Source: a bacterium (GTDB lineage Bacteria > Bdellovibrionota_C > UBA2361 > CALJRW01). Taken from it: DNA of 35,175 bases. The DNA is taken from contig JANNBC010000055.1 of the NCBI GenBank assembly GCA_031385045.1, forward strand, positions 1-35,175, given 5' to 3'. The notes beneath the pieces are model-generated. The model searched no databases and was not told the origin of the DNA. It saw only the letters and a list, made by a program, of their open reading frames with translations. Of this stretch, positions 12,186-21,025 are shown piece after piece (the first letter of the stretch is position 1; every line of letters starts with the position of its first letter). Made by a program: the position numbers and the translations under genes.

Positions 12186-13196
12186 TTATTTGATAGAAGC
12201 CTGTCTAGTCCAAGTAGACTCAGCTGTCTGACTAAGAACACTCTTTTTACCTGGTTCAATAAATCTTCGAACAGAGTAAATACTTTTATTTTGTGACTCG
12301 TAATATGTTCGAGCTAAGACTTCAGCCAGAAGTCCAAATACTAAGAACTGCAAACCAACTAGGACACACATTACTCCCAAAGAAAATAATGGCCTGTTAC
12401 CCATTGGCACACTAAATGCGAATCTCTGAAAAGTTGTCCAACTAATAGCAAGAAAGCCTAGGAAACCGGCAACTAAACCAAGTGTTCCAAAAAGATGAAT
12501 TGGTCGTTTAGCAAAGCCTAAGAAAAACTTTACAGTAATCAAATCTAGAATAACGCGCAGGGTTCTAGAAATCCCATACTTGGATGTCCCAAATTGTCGT
12601 GCCCTGTGATTAACTGGAACTTCAGCAATTCGTGCTCCCATTTCCACAGCTAAGGCAGGAATAAATCGGTGCATCTCACCATAAAGCTTAATACCTTTAG
12701 CAATCTCCGAAGTCATAGCTTTTAGGCTACATCCGTAATCATGCAACTGCACATTTGTTAATTTTGAAATAATATAATTGGCAATTTTACTTGGTAACTT
12801 TCGGCTTAACCATTTATCTTGTCGGTATTTTCTCCAACCTGCAACGAGGTCATAGCCACCTTCTAATAATTTATTAACTACAATTGGAATTCCCGATGGA
12901 TCGTTTTGTAAATCGCCATCCATTGTTACAACAACATCATATTGGGAATGTTCTAAACCGGCTGCCATTGCTGCGGTCTGTCCAAAGTTACGACGGAATT
13001 CAATAATTCTAACGTGACTATCTACTTGTACTGCCTTTAAGAGATTTTTTATTGTTTGATCGCGTGAACCATCATCAACAAAAATTAGCTCATAATCACA
13101 ATTCATTGAGCCCATAACCTGCGTCAACTCCTGATATAGAGGTTGAACGTTTAACTCTTCATTATATAGTGGAACTACGACTGAAACTCCTCGCAT
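12186..13196 (-). CDS. Glycosyltransferase family 2, polyprenol-phosphate glycosyltransferase (ArnC/DPM-like)
   Basis: VVVPLYNEE, VDDGSRD, RNFGQTAA, MDGDLQNDP, GEMHRFIP; two C-terminal TM helices. Confidence 0.9.
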   Translation of the reverse strand: MRGVSVVVPLYNEELNVQPLYQELTQVMGSMNCDYELIFVDDGSRDQTIKNLLKAVQVDSHVRIIEFRRNFGQTAAMAAGLEHSQYDVVVTMDGDLQNDPSGIPIVVNKLLEGGYDLVAGWRKYRQDKWLSRKLPSKIANYIISKLTNVQLHDYGCSLKAMTSEIAKGIKLYGEMHRFIPALAVEMGARIAEVPVNHRARQFGTSKYGISRTLRVILDLITVKFFLGFAKRPIHLFGTLGLVAGFLGFLAISWTTFQRFAFSVPMGNRPLFSLGVMCVLVGLQFLVFGLLAEVLARTYYESQNKSIYSVRRFIEPGKKSVLSQTAESTWTRQASIK

Positions 13197-13309
13197 CGGT
13201 TTTCTCCTGCAATTGTGGTAAAATCCTTAGTGTTTATGACATCAGGCAGTGGTAATGTATCATATAAAATAGCTCAAACCAAATTATATAGGCTAATTGT
13301 CTGCTAAAT

Positions 13310-14431
13310 CTAAGATTTCTTGATTATTTGATAAAATAACTCTTGATACTGATTAGCAATAACTTCCCAAGAGAAATTTTGCTTTGCTAAATCTTTTGCT
13401 TTTTGACCAAGTAGCCCTCTTTTCTCTGGGTTATCTAACATCTCTCGCATCTTGTGACTTAAATCACTGAAATTGTTATATGAATAGTAAACACCGGCAT
13501 CTTCTAAGACTTCGCGATGCTCAGGTACATCATTAGCGATAACAGCATTACCATAGGCCATAGACTCCACAAGGGCTGGGTGAGTTCCACCAACTTCCGT
13601 GGCTTGGATATAAAAAAGACAGTTAGTTCTTAACTCGCGATAAGCTTCTCCGAACTGAAATCCAGTAAAAACAACCTGGGAATTAGCAGTTGCCTTTAAG
13701 TTCTCAATGTAATCTTTGGCATAAGGAGCATCTCCTACAATTACAAGTGGTATATTAGTATCTAGCTTGTTATAAGCTTCGATTACTCCCAAAGCATTAT
13801 TTTCTGGCTCCAGCCGACTTACATATAAAATATATTTTTTTTCTTCTAAAGAAAATTTCTCTAGAACACTCGCTGGCGCTATCGGCTTAGCCTCACAACC
13901 ATAACGAATAATATCCGTTCGTAAATGATAATTTTCCTGATAATATTCTGCAATAATATCTGCATCAGAAATTATCCGATCGGCAAACCAAACTGATGTC
14001 TTTTCACCTAATAAATACCATAATTTTCCAAGTGCATTCCACTTAGCCCGACGCCGTTCAATCCCATCAACATTAATAGCAATTGGATAATTATTTAATT
14101 TTAAAATCCAAGAGAACGGACTATTGGCAGCATTGCAAATCAAAATAACATCAAAATCCCTTTTTAAGGCATCGACATAGGCAGTGATCGAACTTAGCGG
14201 AGTTTCTAAATACTTATGATAGATTGTACTTGTCGCAATTGTGTTGATTCCTAGGTAATCGAGATTTTCTTTTTTCTCACCAAAACGTTTTCGACCATAA
14301 ACGGTCACCTGATGCCCCAAGAGCAAAAACTGTTTAGAAATCTCTTCCGCAAAGGTTTCAAATCCTCCATAGTTGGCCGGCAAACCTCTTGTCCCCAGAA
14401 TTGCTATTTTTAAATTTGGATAATTTACCAT
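13310..14431 (-). CDS. Glycosyltransferase family 4 (DUF1972-type N-terminus)
   Basis: IAILGTRGLPANYGGFETF, RLEPENN, GGTHPALVESM. Confidence 0.9.
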   Translation of the reverse strand: MVNYPNLKIAILGTRGLPANYGGFETFAEEISKQFLLLGHQVTVYGRKRFGEKKENLDYLGINTIATSTIYHKYLETPLSSITAYVDALKRDFDVILICNAANSPFSWILKLNNYPIAINVDGIERRRAKWNALGKLWYLLGEKTSVWFADRIISDADIIAEYYQENYHLRTDIIRYGCEAKPIAPASVLEKFSLEEKKYILYVSRLEPENNALGVIEAYNKLDTNIPLVIVGDAPYAKDYIENLKATANSQVVFTGFQFGEAYRELRTNCLFYIQATEVGGTHPALVESMAYGNAVIANDVPEHREVLEDAGVYYSYNNFSDLSHKMREMLDNPEKRGLLGQKAKDLAKQNFSWEVIANQYQELFYQIIKKS

Positions 14432-14490
14432 TGCGCTCAGATGTAATATACTTATTTAACTAACGTTTGCTTGATTCCGTAGAGTTGCTT

Positions 14491-14551
14491 TACCTTAGTG
14501 ATTTCAAGTACTTAGTGGCAATTACTTAGTAATTTGTCACTACTTAAGTAG
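14491..14551. repeat. Cluster of TAC(C)TTA(A)GT repeats and palindromes in a divergent intergenic region
   Basis: TACCTTAGT at 14491, TACTTAGT at 14509 and 14523, TACTTAAGT at 14541. Also includes the dyads AATTACT-T-AGTAATT and CTACTTAAGTAG. Confidence 0.5.
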
Positions 14552-14784
14552 AAATTGTATCTTCTTTCAAAAATATTTAAAGATATAAGACCAAAATTTA
14601 CTGCGAACAAATGTATTGTACGTCTCGTTAAAACAAAATAAATAGGGTTTAATAAAGCTCTTTTCAAAGTCAAAGGCTTTGGAAATACCCCATAAAAGTT
14701 GTAACCTATGCCTAGTTTAGATCATCTTAGTTTTAAAGCCAAAATGTTACTAATCATCTTTTTAAGTAGTCACAAAACTAACTA

Positions 14785-17163
14785 ATGTTCCATTTTTTTG
14801 AAATTTTATTTCTAGAGTTTTGTCACTGGTATTTTGGTACTAGTTTTATCCTTGGGTTGCCAGTTTTTCTATTGGCCTGCGGGTTCATTATCTTACAATT
14901 CTTTAAACAAGAAAAAGCGATCCTGCCAGGGATAGTTGCATTATGTTTACTAACTGTTGAATTCTTTCATATTTTCAGATCGGAAGACACTGTCACGCGA
15001 ATCGCTAGTTATATTTTAGAACTTCAAGCTAACGGCACATACGTCCAGCCTTTTCCTGTTGCCATCAATTGGTTTTGTGAGCCAATCTTCTCTGTCCTGG
15101 TTGCCCCTTATGAATTACGTCGTCTGCACCAAGAAATAATTTTTGTGTTGATGGCTTCTTATTTTGCAAGCTTAGCCGTTATTAGTTTCAAAGAATATAA
15201 AAGAACTGGTGTTGTTTGGGGAGATTTATCATTTGCCGCAATTGCTCAGTTTAAAGATAGCGATCGTCCCGTACGATCTGATTTTAATGAATTAGGTTCT
15301 GGTGATTTGGCTCGTGCTGAAGAAATTAATCACTGGACAAAACCATCAGGTAAGCCAAACGATACGATTCTTCATGTTACAGACATTCGAGGTTCGAGTG
15401 GAGTAATTCATAAAGAAGCTAAACTTTATATTCCTGGTGGCGAAAGAAACCGTCACATGTTGGCCATAGCGAAAACCGGGGGTGGTAAAACTACTAAATT
15501 AATTCTTCCAATTCTATACAATGACTGTATGGATAATTCCCGAAGTACAATTGTTATCGATTCTAAACCAGAGATGTGGGGAAAATTAGCAAATCTTGTT
15601 AAAAAGAATAATCCTCATAAAAAAATTATCCTGTTTAACCCCCTTGATCGAGCTAGAAGTCTAAGCTGGAATATCCTAGCAAAAATTGAAACTGATACTG
15701 ATGCCAAACTAATTGCCAATACAGTTATTATGGCGACTGATAACCCACAGTCAAAATCGGATAGTCCATTCTTTCGAAACAATGCTCTATCCTTGCTAAA
15801 CTCAATCTTCGTGGGATTACTAAACGATGATAATGATATCCTATCCATGCCCCGAGTTCACCAACTTGTACAATCTGGGATGAAGGGTCTTTGTGACTGG
15901 TTAGAAGCTCACCCAGAGTCGATTCGAACAGCACGATCATTTGTAGATTTAGCCCGTTCAGGATCGCAGAATGCTGATACAATCATGTCCGAACTTTCCA
16001 TGCGAATTAATGCTTGGGACTTATCAGACATTCGTGCCACAACTGCTTTCAATGAGATTGATTTGCGCTGTCTGATAGAAGAGCCAACTTTATTTATTGT
16101 GGAACTTCGCGAGTCAGAGTTGGAAATGTTACGACCGCTGGCTAACGTAATCGTGATCGAACTTCTTAGATATTTAACCAAATGTGCGGAATCATTTCCA
16201 GGCAATAGACTTCCGATCCCTGTTGGATTTGTAATCGATGAGTTTGCCTCTGCTCTTGGTCGCTTACCAGATATTCACGTCAAACTTAACACTCTCCGTT
16301 CGCGTAATGTGAGCATCGTTGCTGCGATTCAGTCAATTACTCAGGTTAAAGCAAATTATGGAGATGACTCTGATTCAGTTCTAGCCGGCTTCAGTACTAA
16401 GATCTGTATGCCAAACTTGGATATCCAAGATGCTGAGTGGGCCTCCAAAGAAAGTGGTCAAATGACCATCCGTTTTCAAACTACATCGACTGGTAGTAAC
16501 CGTAAGATTGTGGAAATGTTTGCTAGCAAAAATACTGGTTCACAAGAACAAGTTCAACAACGTGCCGTATTAACTCCAGACGAAATTGGGCGTCCACTTG
16601 ACGGAAGAAATACTTTCTTCTTACCAGATACTCAACCCTTCCAGGGCTTTCTTGTTCCCTTCTATAAAATTCCTCATATGCTAAGAGAAATCGAAGCTTC
16701 AGAGAAAGGACCAAAATGGCAACTTCGAGAGTCTCCAATTGAATATTCGGAAAATGATGTCAAAAAAGAATTGGGCAATTCTACAACTGGTGGCGGAGGT
16801 GGCAGTGCTCCAGCAGCCAGCTCCTATGCTAACAATGGATTACCACCTGGAATAACTGACACTCGTGGAATGTCGGACGCTGACATTCTGGCTAAAATTG
16901 ATGGTTGCCGTAAGAGTCTTGATTGGGAGAATACCACTGGCAGTGCTAGAAAATGGTGGCAAACTTTTGAAGATGAAAACAAACATCGCCCCGCATTGGT
17001 ACTAAGACTGGCAGAAGAATTAGTAACAAGAAATGCCACAATTAGTGAATTTTTCCTATCATATGTTTATAGCAATACAGATAATATTCAAGCGAATCTC
17101 CACTATCTTGATTACAGTAGATTAAAGAAAGAGGAAGAAAAGAAGAAGCAGGAAGCAGCGTAA
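14785..17163 (+). CDS. VirD4/TraG-like type IV coupling ATPase with N-terminal TM segments and an extra C-terminal domain
   Basis: Walker A (AKTGGGKT), VIDSKPE, FNP..SLSWNIL, Walker B (FVIDEF), QSITQVKANYG, AEWASKESG and RAVLTPDEI, all typical of T4CP/TraM-recognition-domain proteins. Confidence 0.85.
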   Translation: MFHFFEILFLEFCHWYFGTSFILGLPVFLLACGFIILQFFKQEKAILPGIVALCLLTVEFFHIFRSEDTVTRIASYILELQANGTYVQPFPVAINWFCEPIFSVLVAPYELRRLHQEIIFVLMASYFASLAVISFKEYKRTGVVWGDLSFAAIAQFKDSDRPVRSDFNELGSGDLARAEEINHWTKPSGKPNDTILHVTDIRGSSGVIHKEAKLYIPGGERNRHMLAIAKTGGGKTTKLILPILYNDCMDNSRSTIVIDSKPEMWGKLANLVKKNNPHKKIILFNPLDRARSLSWNILAKIETDTDAKLIANTVIMATDNPQSKSDSPFFRNNALSLLNSIFVGLLNDDNDILSMPRVHQLVQSGMKGLCDWLEAHPESIRTARSFVDLARSGSQNADTIMSELSMRINAWDLSDIRATTAFNEIDLRCLIEEPTLFIVELRESELEMLRPLANVIVIELLRYLTKCAESFPGNRLPIPVGFVIDEFASALGRLPDIHVKLNTLRSRNVSIVAAIQSITQVKANYGDDSDSVLAGFSTKICMPNLDIQDAEWASKESGQMTIRFQTTSTGSNRKIVEMFASKNTGSQEQVQQRAVLTPDEIGRPLDGRNTFFLPDTQPFQGFLVPFYKIPHMLREIEASEKGPKWQLRESPIEYSENDVKKELGNSTTGGGGGSAPAASSYANNGLPPGITDTRGMSDADILAKIDGCRKSLDWENTTGSARKWWQTFEDENKHRPALVLRLAEELVTRNATISEFFLSYVYSNTDNIQANLHYLDYSRLKKEEEKKKQEAA

Positions 17164-17188
17164 AAAGACCTGAGTTTTATTTCTATAC

Positions 17189-17217
17189 CTAGGAAAAATC
17201 CAAAATCCTAGTCTTTT
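17189..17217 (+). terminator. Possible weak intrinsic terminator after the coupling-protein gene
   Basis: CTAGGA-N11-TCCTAG followed by TCTTTT. Confidence 0.3.
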
Positions 17218-17296
17218 ACCTCTAAAATAAACCTTAAGTTATATCTATAATTAATCGATAATTAACTCTAATTAAATAGAGCTACTCCGGATCAAA

Positions 17297-18184
17297 ATGC
17301 TGAATGACCCACAACCAATACCAGTTCTAAGTAAAGCTGAAATTATAAACCTTGCAGAAAGGTGCCAGCAACCAAGCGATCAACTAAAGCTTTTCTTAAA
17401 TATGCATCTTCAAAAATCAATCTCCCCCGAGATCTGTTTTGATTCGGCCAAAGTTTTACTTAAGGTAATTATAATAGGCTTGGATCAAGGAATCCTACCA
17501 CTCGCTAACGTACAACAAATCAAAGATAACATTGAAGGCTCAATTAAAAATGGAAATATCTCATTAAGTTTTTGGAATGAATTATCTAAAAAAGAGCAGG
17601 ATGGATTTCACAACCTGCAGAAAGAAGCCCTCGCCAAGATCTCCTCTCATAACGATGGAACAATCAACTTGATTGCTATTGAAAAAATGGAAGAAGTTAC
17701 AAATGCTAATCTAAAATACTTTCGCTTAAAATATGTGGATCTAAGTTCTGAACAAATTGTAACTTTATTTATCAAAGCAAATCGACCAACTTCGGAAGTT
17801 AATGCGGTACGTTCATTGCTAAAGATGAAAGAAAATCCAGAGCAAGTGACAATCACGCCAAAAGAGATTGGAATAGCCGGAATAACACTAGCTTACCGAG
17901 CTGATCGTCGGCTAAATTCTCATCGCCAAGATTCTATTACTTGTCATCAGGCCTTACAGTTAATTGAACTAGCAATAAATGCCTTCTCGCTCCTAGGTAA
18001 AGAATCCGGCTTTCCTAATATTGACCTAGGAGATGATAAAACAGCCAATCTAATCAAAGACTGGGCACAAAAAGAAAAGATTTGGAATCCGATTGAATCC
18101 GTTGGCAATAAAGCAACAACAAGCCAAGACAGGGATAATTTTTTAGATCTAAGGGAATTTTACCGAGAAACCTTTGCTGTGTAA
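17297..18184 (+). CDS. Hypothetical protein
   Basis: 295-aa ORF filling the gap between neighbours; no motif recognised. Confidence 0.7.
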   Translation: MLNDPQPIPVLSKAEIINLAERCQQPSDQLKLFLNMHLQKSISPEICFDSAKVLLKVIIIGLDQGILPLANVQQIKDNIEGSIKNGNISLSFWNELSKKEQDGFHNLQKEALAKISSHNDGTINLIAIEKMEEVTNANLKYFRLKYVDLSSEQIVTLFIKANRPTSEVNAVRSLLKMKENPEQVTITPKEIGIAGITLAYRADRRLNSHRQDSITCHQALQLIELAINAFSLLGKESGFPNIDLGDDKTANLIKDWAQKEKIWNPIESVGNKATTSQDRDNFLDLREFYRETFAV

Positions 18185-18199
18185 CACTAAGGATAAAAA

Positions 18200-19054
18200 C
18201 TAAAAATCATATTTAATCTGATTTGAGGCAACTGTAACACCAGTTTCATCTCTAGGTGTAAATGACTTAAGTTCAGTATTCACACTACCAATAAAAACCT
18301 GACTAGATATTTTTAGAATTTCGCGCTTAGAATCAGCTGTTACATAAATGTTTGCTTCCCGTAATTTCTTATACTCCGAGATCGCACTAATCTTCTTAAC
18401 CTTAGGTTGAATGACCCAAACATCTCGCTCATCACCATTAACATTCATTTTGATCATCTCTTTACTTGTAAAAGAGATTAGATATCTGCTCTTCCCATTA
18501 AAGGTATCAAAATATCTAGTAGTACCAGGTGCCCAATCTAGACTTCTGGCAAAGAAAGCAGCAGAGAATGGTTCTAGCATCATATTGTTGGGATCGAAGT
18601 CATAATCAATCACACCATTCTTGCTATCTACAAAATTAGAAACAACTCTGTCTGGACTTTCAAAACTAATATTGGCAACTTTATGACGAGAATTTTCCAT
18701 AGAGTCGATAGTTGTTTGAATCGGGCGAAAGTCGGCACCAGAGAGCAGACCAAAGGCATGATATTGTAAGCTATAAATTAAACTAATTGCCCGACTAGTC
18801 TTAACTCTTGTAGATAGTTTATAATTAACCCCTTCCTTATCAACATCGAAATAGACAGTTGCCGCTGGAATCCCAGCCCAGCTTACTGTGAATTCATAAG
18901 TCCCAAGCTCAGGCTTAAATTCGGAAAACTCTGGCTGGTAATTTGGCGTGGAGACAATTAACTTGTCTAATTCAATCTCCGGCTTCGGCTCTTCGGCTTG
19001 AGCACCCAGTGCTCCAATCAGGATTAGTAGTAGACTAAGGATTAATTTATTCAT
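18200..19054 (-). CDS. Exported DUF3108-like protein
   Basis: Signal peptide ending AQA; FTVSWAGIPAA pattern; beta-rich C-terminus (IYVTADSKREILKI). Confidence 0.7.
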   Translation of the reverse strand: MNKLILSLLLILIGALGAQAEEPKPEIELDKLIVSTPNYQPEFSEFKPELGTYEFTVSWAGIPAATVYFDVDKEGVNYKLSTRVKTSRAISLIYSLQYHAFGLLSGADFRPIQTTIDSMENSRHKVANISFESPDRVVSNFVDSKNGVIDYDFDPNNMMLEPFSAAFFARSLDWAPGTTRYFDTFNGKSRYLISFTSKEMIKMNVNGDERDVWVIQPKVKKISAISEYKKLREANIYVTADSKREILKISSQVFIGSVNTELKSFTPRDETGVTVASNQIKYDF

Positions 19055-19197
19055 GGTTAACTTTTAATTTGTGGTCATTCTAGTACAGGGTACCTGCTTT
19101 AACCAGACTCCACTTGCGAAAGAATCGTGGATACTCTAACATTTTACAGACACTAAACAAGACAACACAACTTAACTATCTTAAATCATTAGAAATT

Positions 19198-19674
19198 ATG
19201 ATTACTGGCTCCCTAAAACTAGACTCCCCAAGCCTTCATTCCAAACTAAAACGCCTATTCACAAATGAGGAAATATTGACTCTGGAAGCTAGTTATAATG
19301 AAATTTGTAAGTCCCCTTTTATACTTTCTGAAAATAACTGGAGAGAAGTTGGGGTCAATTTCAATCCCAAACCAGCCCGAATTTTAGAAATTCTGATTGA
19401 ATGTGGAGCCAATTCTTACCAACTTCTCCAAAGATGCTTAAGAACCATCCCAAACCAAGAGGCTAAAATTGAGACTCCTCCAGAAATTTGCCTTGCTCTC
19501 ATCTTAGATAGTGTGCGACACCTTTCCTACGTAGAGAATCCAAAGCCTGTATATCACCAACTGAAACTAGAATCTTCTCTTATCGTCAAAGATTTTCCTG
19601 AGTTACTTAGCTCCTACCCCAAATTAATTGAGAAAGTTGAGAGTGCCTTTAGACTATATCGAAAGTTCTCCTAG
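19198..19674 (+). CDS. Hypothetical protein, possibly a degenerate HD (RelA/SpoT hydrolase-like) fold
   Basis: The spacing of LEASYNEI / REVGVNFNPKPARILEIL / LALILDSVRHL echoes HD hydrolase motifs, but no HD dyad is present. Start taken as ATG 19198; the ORF track gives 19114. Confidence 0.55.
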   Translation: MITGSLKLDSPSLHSKLKRLFTNEEILTLEASYNEICKSPFILSENNWREVGVNFNPKPARILEILIECGANSYQLLQRCLRTIPNQEAKIETPPEICLALILDSVRHLSYVENPKPVYHQLKLESSLIVKDFPELLSSYPKLIEKVESAFRLYRKFS

Positions 19675-19720
19675 ATTTGTCTTTTTAAAATTTTACGTTA
19701 TACTTCGACTTCACTTGTGT

Positions 19721-19802
19721 GCCGGGGTGGCGGAATTGGTAGACGCGCCGGATTCAAAATCCGGTATCCTTGGATGTGCGAGTTCGATTCTCGCCTCCGG
19801 TA
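19721..19802 (+). tRNA. tRNA-Leu (anticodon CAA)
   Basis: Acceptor stem GCCGGGG/CTCCGGT, D-arm GGCGGAATTGGTAGACGC, anticodon arm CCGGA-TTCAAAA-TCCGG, long variable arm, T-arm GCGAG-TTCGATT-CTCGC, discriminator A. CCA is not encoded. Confidence 0.96.
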
Positions 19803-19824
19803 GAAATATAGAAAAATTCAATAA

Positions 19825-19909
19825 AATCAGGTGTTTACACCTGCCCTACGCTCTGTTATAATCATCATAGATTAGCAACAACGAGCAAATTTGTTCCACT
19901 TTTGTTCCA
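19825..19909 (+). promoter_or_regulatory. Putative att-arm region: IHF-type site plus tandem integrase arm-type repeats
   Basis: AATCAGGTGTTTA (19825-19837) fits WATCARNNNNTTR; TTTGTTCCA occurs at 19890 and 19901. Confidence 0.5.
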
Positions 19910-19948
19910 ATTGCTACTAACAACTTCAATATTTTTTGATTTGTTACT

Positions 19949-21025
19949 ATGGCAACTATTCAGAAACTCACCAGTAAAAAAAGAGGCATTCGCTATAAAG
20001 TGAGAATTGCCCGTCAAGGTAACAAAGTTATTTGTGCAACCTTCGACCGAAAAATTGATGCAGAAACATTTGCTAGAGAACATGATACTCAAGCTAGAGC
20101 CCAAAAATATCTTGATAAAGAAGAGTCTAAAAAACACACCCTAAATGACGCGATAGAACGCTATCTTGCTGAAGGACATTTAAACGAACTAAAGACTAAG
20201 GTTGAAAGAACAAAGCAACTAGAGCTTATCAAGAAGCTATTTGGGGACATCCAACTTTATCAACTAACCAAGCCGGCTACTATTAGCAACATCGAAACAA
20301 TATTAAAAAAATATCAAGGGAAGGAAGATAAAGTTCTAAGTAATGCCAGAGTAAATCGCTACTTCTCCGCCATGAGTCACCTATGTCAAATCGCTTATGA
20401 GAGTTGGTACTGGATTGATATAAATCCTTTCAGGGCAATCAGAAGAAAAAAAGAAGCAAGTTTTTCTGGTCGTTGCCTCACTGATGAAGAATTTAAAAAT
20501 CTAAAAAAATACTGCGAAGAAAATTCCAAAGAGGAGATTTGCATTATCGTCATGCTAGCTATTTGTACTGGCATGAGAAAAAATGAAATCCGCTATCTAT
20601 CTTGGGATGATGTTAATTTAATCGAAAGAACTATACATTTGAAAGATACCAAGAACGGTAGCCCAAGAACAATTCCACTTGTTGAACCTGCTCTATCAAT
20701 GCTTAAAGCACACGCTAAACTTAGAAACATCAAATCAAATTGGATTTTTGTTGGAAAGAACTCCGAACAAACCACCTACCCTTTTTCTATTACAAAACCT
20801 TGGGACAACTTAAAAACCGAAACTAAAATAACTAACTTTAGATTTCACGACTTACGACATACTTGCGGAAGTCATCTGGCGAAGAACAATGTCAGCCCAA
20901 GAATCATCGCTGCGATACTTGGGCATAAAACCTTAGCTATGGTGATGAAGTATTCTCACCTTGCCGTGGAAGACCAGAGGGAAAGTTTAGAAGAAATGAC
21001 TAAAAAGATATTTAACAATGGATGA
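19949..21025 (+). CDS. Tyrosine recombinase / phage-type integrase
   Basis: Catalytic set TGMRKNEI, TKNG, FHDLRHT, LGHK, KYSHL; N-terminal arm-binding-like segment. Confidence 0.95.
   Translation: MATIQKLTSKKRGIRYKVRIARQGNKVICATFDRKIDAETFAREHDTQARAQKYLDKEESKKHTLNDAIERYLAEGHLNELKTKVERTKQLELIKKLFGDIQLYQLTKPATISNIETILKKYQGKEDKVLSNARVNRYFSAMSHLCQIAYESWYWIDINPFRAIRRKKEASFSGRCLTDEEFKNLKKYCEENSKEEICIIVMLAICTGMRKNEIRYLSWDDVNLIERTIHLKDTKNGSPRTIPLVEPALSMLKAHAKLRNIKSNWIFVGKNSEQTTYPFSITKPWDNLKTETKITNFRFHDLRHTCGSHLAKNNVSPRIIAAILGHKTLAMVMKYSHLAVEDQRESLEEMTKKIFNNG

Noticed and set aside
15615..17856. Short antisense ORFs within the T4CP and downstream genes
   Set aside because: Fully nested opposite longer CDSs, with no independent evidence.
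19628..19861. 77-aa ORF
   Set aside because: It is a translation across the tRNA-Leu gene.
19865..20137. 90-aa antisense ORF (likewise 20593-20775 and 21176-21364)
   Set aside because: Shadow ORFs of the integrase and the next gene, with no motifs.
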